From NCBI GenBank assembly GCA_000004695.1, contig CM000151.3, forward strand, positions 288,001-352,000: DNA of 64,000 nt, given 5' to 3'. Below the pieces are notes generated by a model that was given only the letters and a program-made list of their open reading frames with translations, was not told the origin of the DNA and did no database searches. Both the position numbers and the translations under genes were made by a program. This stretch comes from Dictyostelium discoideum. Its lineage: Eukaryota. Positions within the stretch are counted from its first letter, which is position 1; each line of letters opens with the position of its first letter. Positions 55,222-64,000 of this stretch are shown one piece after another.

Positions 55222-57782
55222 ATGAAGAAGAACATGAACGAAAAGAAAATACTAATTCATTCAATAAAATTAACAATTACAGATAATATAGAACCAATTG
55301 AAATATTATTTTGGAAATTGTTTAGAAATAAAGCAATTTATAAAAAGATATTCTCATTTATGTATAACCAATATTCATTTAGTTACGATTCAGTATCGTC
55401 AATAACTAAACTAATAGATTCAAATCAAATTAGTATTTTAAGAGAAAAAGCTTATAGAAATTGTAGATATTTAGAATTTGGTGAAACTTGTTGGCGTAAA
55501 GAGTCTGATCAATCTAGTTGGCGTAAAGATTTAATTTTAATTTATTTAAAGAAATTATTTGAAATAATTAAAAATGATTTCAAATTTTATAGAAACTTTT
55601 TCAAAATTCAAAGGTATTATTACTCTTCACCAATTTATGTATCAACTGCAATAATACAATCAAAGAATTTAGAAATTTAGAAATTATTTATAAATGAATT
55701 CAATTACCAACCAACAAAAACAGATCTTTTAAATTCAATCGAGACAGGTTCAAATAAAATCATCAAATATATATTAGAATTAAAAAAATCAAACTCACCA
55801 TCATCAACATCATTTGAAACATCATTAAATAACACTGATTTTGGTGAGAAATCAATCGGGTTAGATGAAATTCCAAAAAATGATAATATTTTTAAAGGAT
55901 TATTATGTTAAATAACATTGGTAATGTAATAATAATAATAATAGTAGTAGTTGTAATAATAGTAAATTAACAATAATTAAAAACCTCAAAACTAAATATC
56001 AGATTAATGAAAGATCAACATTAAAAAGATGAATTACCACTTGTAAATTAATAATAAAATTAAAGATATTATCTGAATCAGAAAAAGAAAAAGAAAAAGA
56101 ACAAGTTTCAACTTCAATAATATTATTAAAAGTATCTTTAGAATCAGTTCCAACAACAATTCAAGAATTGAAAATTTTGAAGTAAAATTAGATAATAATA
56201 GATTAAAATCAATGCTAGATGACCCAATAAACTACACTGCTACTGATTATAATGATAGTGAAATTAAAATTTTTATAAAGAAATCATTAATATTTATATT
56301 ATTCAACAACAAATATTACAAATTCTTTATATTTACATCAATATTATAATAATGAAATTAGTAACGTTAATTTAAATTTCATTAAAGAAATTCATTTTAT
56401 TGAAATTGCATTTAGATTTGGAAATTGTGAAATTTTATCAAAGGTTACCGATGTAAATAATATATATGGACTATTCAATTCTAAAACACTATTATTACCA
56501 AATAATAATAAAGATATTAGTAGTTTAGGAAATTATAATATTCTATTCTCACATTGTTGTAATGATAATAAAGAGAAAAAGATGAAATTCATGGATCAAC
56601 TATCAATTGAAAGTGTATACCAAACAACATTATCCTACTATATGTTCATTATGCTCATAGTTCATAATGATATTGAACTATTGAGATATTATTGCAGGAA
56701 TAGGGGAATGAATTTTAATTTTTATATTGATTTTCAAAGTTTAGATGTTCAACCAACTTATTATATAGAATCAACAGAGATGTTAGATTATTTATTTAAT
56801 AACCATATTAGATACTTTTTAGATCCTTTTTATACTGGGAATTATAGTACACATTTTAAAAGTTTAATACTATTAAAACATTTTGAATCATTATTGTTTA
56901 AAACAGGACAGCTTCAATTAGAGGAAAATGATAATCTTGTTTGCTTTATAAAAAAAGAAGATAAAAGATATAATAATATTCAAAATAAAAATTCAAGAAA
57001 TATCAAGATTTTGTTGATTAATCATTTTTCATCAAATCCATCAATATACTATAATGAAAGATTAGATCATCAATTATTTTTAGTACTCACCAGCAGTAAT
57101 GACGATTCATCATCATCTTCATCATCACCACCAATCAACTTTGAAGTATTAAAAGATTTAGCAATCGATGCACTCAAATTTGATATTAATCTATTTCATT
57201 CAAGAACATTAACAAAAAATCATTATACCAAGAATTATTTGAAATTTATAGAATGGATGTTTTTAAACTATAATGATGAAATGAAAAAAGGTGGTCATTT
57301 TTATCATAATGAAGTCTACTATTTCCATTTATTAATGTCAATTGATCAATTTGATTATAATAATAATAGTAACGATTTAAAAGAAAAAGGTGGTACTACT
57401 ATTAATATTGAAAAAAATGCTTAAATTAATTATTCTAGTTAAAGAATTAACACCTTATTTATTTGAAGCAAATAATTTTAAATTTTTAAATTGGTTTTTA
57501 ACAAACATTAAAGATTATCATCATCAATTAAAATTATCATCATCATCACTCAAAACAAAACCAGATAAGGAATCAACTACGGTAGGAGATATTGTTTGTT
57601 CAATTTTATCTTTTATTTCAAGCAATTCAAGATTAAAAATACTTGAATATATTCAAAACTTTAGTTTCATTTTAAAGAATAAACCAAATAATGGAGTTTT
57701 AAATCCTGGTCAATTTTATTTTTATCACTTTCTTGTTCAATTAATATTTCAGAATTTCTTTTACAATTCATTCCAATCATGA
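55222..57782 (+). pseudogene. Long degenerate copy of the ORF1-family gene (ORF pieces 55222..55680, 56582..57424, 57390..57782)
   Basis: The first 152 aa are identical to 15584..16540. After that the frame breaks repeatedly, but the coding-like composition continues for about 2.5 kb. It ends at a truncated palindromic-MITE terminus (58040-58100). Confidence 0.5.
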
Positions 57783-58958
57783 ATTTAATTCAAATGAAAT
57801 CTTTGAACCATACTTTAAAAATAATTTTAAATATCTAACAAATTAATAAAATAATTGATGATGACCATTCTTCATACAAACCAGCATTACCAAAATTATT
57901 GGACATAATTATTTATTTATTTACTTATTTAGATTTGGATGATTTGGATCAACAACAGCATCAAGTTATTTAGTAGTGATAGTGGAACATCAAAAACTAC
58001 TAATACTACACAGCTAACCAAAAGCAATAATAATCAATAATAAAAAAACTCATGGATTAATTATAGTAACAATGTTGATGACAAGAATAATTATAATTTT
58101 AATAAAAAAAAAAAAAAAAAAAAAAATCTTTTATATCTTTTTATTTTTATATTTTATTTATGACTATTAAATATTAATAAATAAAGATAAAAATGGAAAT
58201 ATATAAAAAATTTTTTTAATATTTAATATTTAATCTGAATTTTACAATCTTTTTTTTTTTTTGTTACTCTAATATTCAATTTTTTTTTTTTTTTTTTTTT
58301 TATTAAATTAACAATTACAGATAATATTGAACCTACTGAAATATTATTTTGTTTAGAAATAAGGCAATTTATTAAAAGATATTCTCATTTATGGATATCC
58401 AAATCTCAATAACATATGATTCAATGTCATCAATAACACAACTAATAGATTCAAATCAATATGGTATAATTAACTCTTACAAAAGATCCGAGTAATTTTA
58501 AAAGACCCAGAGTAATTTCCTTAAACTAACAATCAAATTAAGGAAATTAACTTTCAAAGTATTTTGTATTAAAGATTTGCATAGTCTATGTTAACTTCAT
58601 GAAGGATCCTTCTTCATATTTGGTGGGATTATAGGTTTAATTGCGTTATTCGTGGGTCAAGATCCCATGTTTTCCGCGGGCTGTTGTAATGTATATAAAT
58701 TTTTTCAATCTAATGTCTTTTTTTATTGATTAAACAAGTTCTCCCAGTATATGAATAAAAAATAATTAATAGTTTTATAAATGGATTTAAATTTTAAAAA
58801 TTATTCCTTTTTAATACTTGTAAGGTTATTATTATTATTTTATTTTATTTTTTTATTTTTTTTATATTCAAAGGAATTTTAAATTATTAAAATGTTGTAA
58901 TAAATATTATATGAATTAATCGAATGAAAAAAGATTTGCAAGCATCAACTAGTTTTCT

Positions 58959-58998
<40 letters not shown>

Positions 58999-59021
58999 CA
59001 ATAAATTTTTAAAATTGAAAG

Positions 59022-59095
59022 TATTCAGAGCGGGAATCGAACCCACGACCTAATCCGTGTTAAGGATTCGTGATAACCGACTACACCATCCGAAC
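59022..59095 (-). tRNA. tRNA-Val(AAC): tRNA-Val (anticodon AAC)
   Basis: The minus strand reads GTTCGGA TG GTGT AGTCGGTTA TCAC G AATCC TTAACAC GGATT AGGTC GTGGG TTCGATT CCCGC TCTGAAT A. This is a cloverleaf with a canonical T-loop and a 5-bp anticodon stem. The 7-bp acceptor stem has two G-T wobble pairs (1-72 and 5-68), so it may be slightly degenerate. Confidence 0.6.
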
Positions 59096-60019
59096 TAATT
59101 GATAAAATTTTTGAAAAACCAACAGTACATGCAATTAATTTTATTCCAATTCAAAAAAAAAAAAAAAAAAAAAAAAGCAATTAATTTTAAACAGATCGAA
59201 AAAAAACAAACAACAACAACAATCTTTTTTTTTGATTATTTCATTTTTCATATAAAAAAGACTTAAAAAACAAATAAATAAATAAATAAACTATTTTAAA
59301 AAGCCATCTTTTTACTTTATTGGAATTAATTATTTGTTCCGTTTTGAGAATTTTGCGTAGCAAAATTTTCAAAAAAAAAGCAAAAAATAATCAGATCGAA
59401 AAAAAACAAACAACAACAAAAATCTCTTTTTTTGATTATTTCATTTTTCATATAAAAAAGTAAACTAACCCCTCTTTTAGAGACCCTGTAAAAAAAAAAA
59501 AATTACAAATAAAATGAGATCTAGCATCTCAAGAAGAAGCAACTAATAATTGCGTTATCCAATTCAAAAAAAAAAATAAAAAAAAATTTAATTTTATTTA
59601 ATGGTATTTAATTTTTATATATTTATTATACAATTTTTAATTTATTTTAATACAATTTGAAATAAAATTTTATTTTGTTTTTATATTGAAATTTTTGTAA
59701 TTTTAATTTTAGATTTTTATAATTATAAGAATTGGTGTTTGTAAATTTGTAATTTGTAAATTGTGAGTTTTTAGAAATACAGAGTTTATGACTTTTGATA
59801 TTTATATTAAATCAATAATTTTAAATTTTTAAATTGGTTTTTAACAATCATTCAAAAGTATCACAATTACCCGTTCCTTGCAGCACCAATGATTGTATTA
59901 AAATTTTGGTTATCACACTTTTGGATCGTTTTATATTAAATTTTAAATTACATATATTTGAATACATTCATCAAAATTTCGATTTTATTTTAAAGAAAAA
60001 CTCAGAAGGTGGAATATTA

Positions 60020-60500
60020 ACTGTCCCATGCCAAAATTAATATGGCTGCTGAAATTAATATGGTAATTTTGGCATGGGACTTATGTCTGCTAGAATTACC
60101 ATATTAATTTCAGCAGCCATATTAATTTTGGCATGGGCCGACCAACTATTTTAGGCTGAAATTAATATGGCTGCCGAAATTAATATGGTAATTTTGGGCA
60201 TAGAAAAATAAAAAAAAAAACTCAAAGTCATTTAATTAATAATAATCATCTCAAATATAAAAGAATTAAAAATAATAATAAAAAAAAACTCATGGGATTA
60301 ATTATAGTAACAATACTGACGACAAGAATAATTATAAAATAAAAAAAAAAAAAAAAATCTTTTTTTATCTTTTTATTTTTATTTCTTATTTATTTTCATG
60401 TGTTCAAAAAAAGTGGTGGTTTAAAACAATTTATTTAATTTTAAACTGTATGATTGTTTAAACAATTTCGAAATAAGTTTCTTTAAAGAAATTCTGTATT
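60020..60500 (-). repeat. Palindromic-MITE terminus (reverse orientation), followed by (ATT)n at 60601-60750
   Basis: Reverse complement of the 3955-4420 terminal block, including the triple CCATATTAATTTCAGC palindromes and CTCAAAGTCATTTAATTAATAAT...CTCATGGGATTAATTATAGTAACAATACTGACGACAAGAATAATTAT. Confidence 0.55.
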
Positions 60501-60596
60501 TCTTTTTTTTATTTTATTTTATTTCATTTCATTCTATTTTTTTTTTTTTATTTTTTTTATTTTTTTATTTTTTTATTTTTTTTTTGTATATTTAAG

Positions 60597-60752
<156 letters not shown>

Positions 60753-60954
60753 TAATTAACCGAAGGGATATCTTTTACTTTTTTTTTATATATAATTGTT
60801 CGAAACTTTAAAAAAATAAAATAAAAAAAAAAAATTAAAAAAAAAAATTTAAAAAAAAAAAATATAAAAAAAAAAATATAAAAAAAAAAAATTAAAAAGT
60901 ATTTTTTTTTTTATTTTTTTATTTTTTTAAAGTTTTCGTTCCAAAAAATGGTCT

Positions 60955-61697
60955 TCAGTAAAGACAATAAATTAAATAATCAACTTTCTGCAACAGAAAT
61001 CGAAAAAATAATAAAAATAAATTAAAAAAACTCTTGGAAAAATATGACGAAGATGTAAAATTTAAAATAGATTATAAATTTCATAATACCAAATTGAGTG
61101 GACAAAATATAAATTGGAAAAACATTTTGGATAAACAGTATGTTGTTGAGAATGTAGAATATGGTACGGCAACTATTAAAGAAGTGTTTTATATTGATAA
61201 AGATAAAAAGAAAAAATTGGTACCCAAAAGACTTAGTGAAGATTATAGAGAAGGTTAGGCTTAACAAAGATGAAGATGGTGTCTCTCATATGATTAATCA
61301 AAACCAGTGTCAACAGCACATCAGTAATCATTATAAAGCAGATAATCATTCTGCTATTATAAAAGCTTATTACAATACTGAGCCTACTTCTAGAATAGAG
61401 GCCACCAAACTCTCAAGTAAAAATAAATTGCAAAGGGATATCGAAATAACCAAAAGAAAATCAACAGATGACCTAGTTGAAAAAGCAATCGAGCACTCTA
61501 CCACCGAAGTTAGATCAACACATGAAGCTGCAACAACTTCCAATAATGGTGGAATCACAACTCAATCAAACAAAAACAAAACGGGTAAAAAAAGAGCTAA
61601 TCAATTACAATCTGATGCTGATTTTTTCACCAAAAGATTTTCAAACGAAACTTCATCTGTTAGTAACAAAAGAGTAAGTAGAAGAGTAGATAATTAA
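60955..61697 (+). pseudogene. Mirror copy of ORF-T (ORF pieces 61034..61258 and 61161..61697) with the same frame breaks
   Basis: Protein pieces are more than 97% identical to 18767..19420. The 61161 frame extends further here (..TGKKRANQLQSDADFFTKRFSNETSSVSNKRVSRRVDN). Confidence 0.4.
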
Positions 61698-61929
61698 AAA
61701 AAAAAAATTAAAAAAAAAAAATTATTTTAATTTTTTTTTTTTTTTTTATTTTATTTTTTTTTTTTATTTTTAATTTTTTTTTTTGTTAGCCTTGGAAATA
61801 AATGAATAATAAAAAAATATATATCAACTAAAAAAAAAAGAAATGAAAATAAATTATAAAATTAATAATAAAAATAAAAAGATAAAAATAAATAAAAGAT
61901 AAAATAAAATAATATGAAAATTTTTTTTT

Positions 61930-62215
61930 TTTTTTTTTTATTATTATAATTATTATAATAAAAATAATAATAATATTAATTTTAGTACTAAAATTTTGTT
62001 TATATTTGAGATGATTATTAATTAAATGACTTTGACTTTTTTTTTTTCTATGCCAAAATTACCATATTAATTTTGGCAGCTATGTACATGCTGAAATTAA
62101 TATGGCTGCTGAAATTAATAAGGTAATTTTGGCAGACCTAAGTCCCATGCCAAAATTAATATGGCTGCTGAAATTAATATGGTAATTTTGGCATGGGACA
62201 ATTAACTATTAAAGA
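61930..62215 (+). repeat. Palindromic-MITE terminus
   Basis: ATTTGAGATGATTATTAATTAAATGACTTTGA..CTATGCCAAAATTACCATATTAATTTTGGCAGC...GTCCCATGCCAAAATTAATATGGCTGCTGAAATTAATATGGTAATTTTGGCATGGGAC. Confidence 0.5.
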
Positions 62216-62880
62216 ATTAAAATATTTTTTATTTTCATCACTTCAAAGGGATAAAGTTAAAATTTCTAAATTCCTTTTTCAATTTATTTCTATTTCCGAA
62301 ATTTGAAGCACATAAAAAATCACATAAAAATAATAAATATAATTAATAATAAAAAAAAAAAATAAAAAAAAAAAATAAAAAAAAAAAATATTGAAAATTA
62401 AAAATTTTGGTTGGGAATTAAAAAAATAAAAAATGCAGCAAAAAGCATTATTAAAATTAAATCAAACAAAAATAAATTAAATTATATTAAATTAAATCAA
62501 ATAAAATTTTTATTTTTTTTTTTATTTTTATTTTTTTTCGTTTTTATTTTTATTTTTTTTTTTTTTACTTTTATTTTTTTATTTTCATTGCCCTGCAAAT
62601 AAATCCTCACTCTTTCTTCGAATTTTATTTTAATTTGACCGTTTTATTAGCGAGAGAATTAAAAAAAAAAAAAAAAAAATTAAAAAAAATAAATAGAATT
62701 GACCTTGTAACGCGATATATACTATTATAATTATTGTAGTAGAAGTTGGTGCTACTGTATAACTACCTAAACTTTCATTTTTACAATTATTATCATTACC
62801 AAAATATCTGAATTTGATTTTAGAAAATTTAACCTCTACAAATACTACTTCCATCAATTGAATTTAAGCCTGATAAACTT

Positions 62881-62900
62881 GTGAGATTTATTGTTGATGC

Positions 62901-62973
<73 letters not shown>

Positions 62974-62975
62974 GA
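62881..62975. repeat. (GTT)n microsatellite, about 95 bp
   Basis: Perfect trinucleotide repeat. Other simple repeats: (CAAAT)n at 44807-44850 and 52083-52170, (TTTC)n at 42920-42962, (AGT)n-like at 49985-50060, and a poly(A) of about 68 nt at 15113-15180. Confidence 0.9.
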
Positions 62976-63449
62976 AGTAGACTAATAATTTGGTGGATGT
63001 GGTTTTTGAGTCTAATTAATTTTGATGTATTGTTACTAACTTTCATGTCAACCTTTGTTCTACCTCTAGCTAATTGATAGTAATTTTATGAATAATATTG
63101 TTAATTAATGTATCTGTAGTGCACCTAAGAAAAGCTGGATAATCTATTGTTGGTTGTGATGATAATTGTTACTAATTTAATTGAATCTCTATTTATTGTT
63201 TTCATTGTGATTATTGATATAATTTTTTTTTTTTTTTGAATTTAGTAATTGTGACAAAAAAAAAAAATAAAAAATAAAAAATGTTGAAACAAGGCTGTGG
63301 AAACCAAGAAAAAAAAAAATAAATAAAATAAAATTAAAAAAAAAAATGGTGAAATTTTAATAAAAAAAAAAAAAAAAATTTTATTTTTAAGAGCAAAGGG
63401 ATTTACTTTTTTTATTTAATTTTATTTTATTTTATTATTTTTAAAATTT

Positions 63450-63779
63450 TTGCCACAGCATCACACATCAATGAACAACAATATAGAAAATGAAGATGGT
63501 AGTGAATTAGATAAATTTGATGATAGTGAATTAGAGAAAGAGATTGCTCAATCATACAGTATTTCAACAAGTAGATTAAAAATAGCAGAAATCATTGAAA
63601 AGATTAAATCAGTAGTTAAAAGGATAAGAGAAAATGAAGAACAAAAACAAAATGTTAATTCATTTAATAAAATTATTAAATTAACAATTACAGATAATAT
63701 TGAACCTACTGAAATATTATTTTGGAAATTATTTAGAAATAAAACAATTTATAAAAAGATATTCTCATTTATGGATTGA
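63450..63779 (+). pseudogene. ORF1-family N-terminal fragment. Another copy starts at 63940; a related fragment at 58300-58400
   Basis: ...ELEKEIAQSYSISTSRLKIAEIIEKIKSVVKRIRE...KIIKLTITDNIEPTEILFWKLFRNKTIYKKIFSFMD* ends where the intact copy continues with YNQYSF. Confidence 0.45.
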
Positions 63780-64000
63780 AACAATCTGATAAAAATTTAA
63801 ATAAAAAAAAAAAGTAAAGGTAATATCACTATTTTTTTTTATTTTTTTTTTTATTTTTTTTTTTTGAAATTTCGTAACTTTTTTTTTATTTTTTATTTTT
63901 TATTATTTTCATAATTTTTTGACAGCGCTTCATAACAATGAACAATAGTGTAGAAAATGAAGATGATATTGATGATTGTGAATTAGAAAAAAAGAATTTA

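Overview
This window is very AT-rich eukaryotic DNA. It has long poly(A)/poly(T) tracts, AAT/CAA microsatellites, polyN/polyQ coding runs and short AT-rich GT..AG introns, which looks like a dictyostelid social-amoeba genome; that origin is inferred, not verified.

Main content:
- A roughly 51-kb, mostly head-to-tail array of one paralogous gene family encoding proteins of about 570-700 aa. Eight copies look intact and at least seven are fragmentary or frameshifted pseudogenes. All share an F-box-like N-terminus split by a polyN insert, an invariant ALFDPDNSGQQVESIKV core motif, and a conserved 5' leader.
- Transposon debris interleaved with the array:
  - a 5.4-kb TIR-bounded DNA transposon of the Tdd-4 type. 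Its intron-containing, integrase-like (HHCC + D,D,E) transposase gene is interrupted by two copies of a 0.75-kb MITE-like element (R) that carries tRNA-like A/B boxes;
  - a second MITE family with complex palindromic termini;
  - a 4-5 kb inverted segmental duplication carrying an ORF1 gene family, a small intron-containing gene pair, a GC-rich perfect palindrome and a frameshifted ORF;
  - a Harbinger/PIF-like two-gene remnant (Myb-like ORF plus a DDE_Tnp_4 fragment).
- Host-gene pieces: a CMTR1-like (G-patch + FtsJ) fragment whose ATG sits inside a MITE terminal repeat, MyTH4-domain fragments inside a duplicated repeat, a B-box + FNIP-repeat gene, and a tRNA-Val(AAC).

Nothing was run against databases. 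Every call comes from reading the sequence and recalling family motifs.
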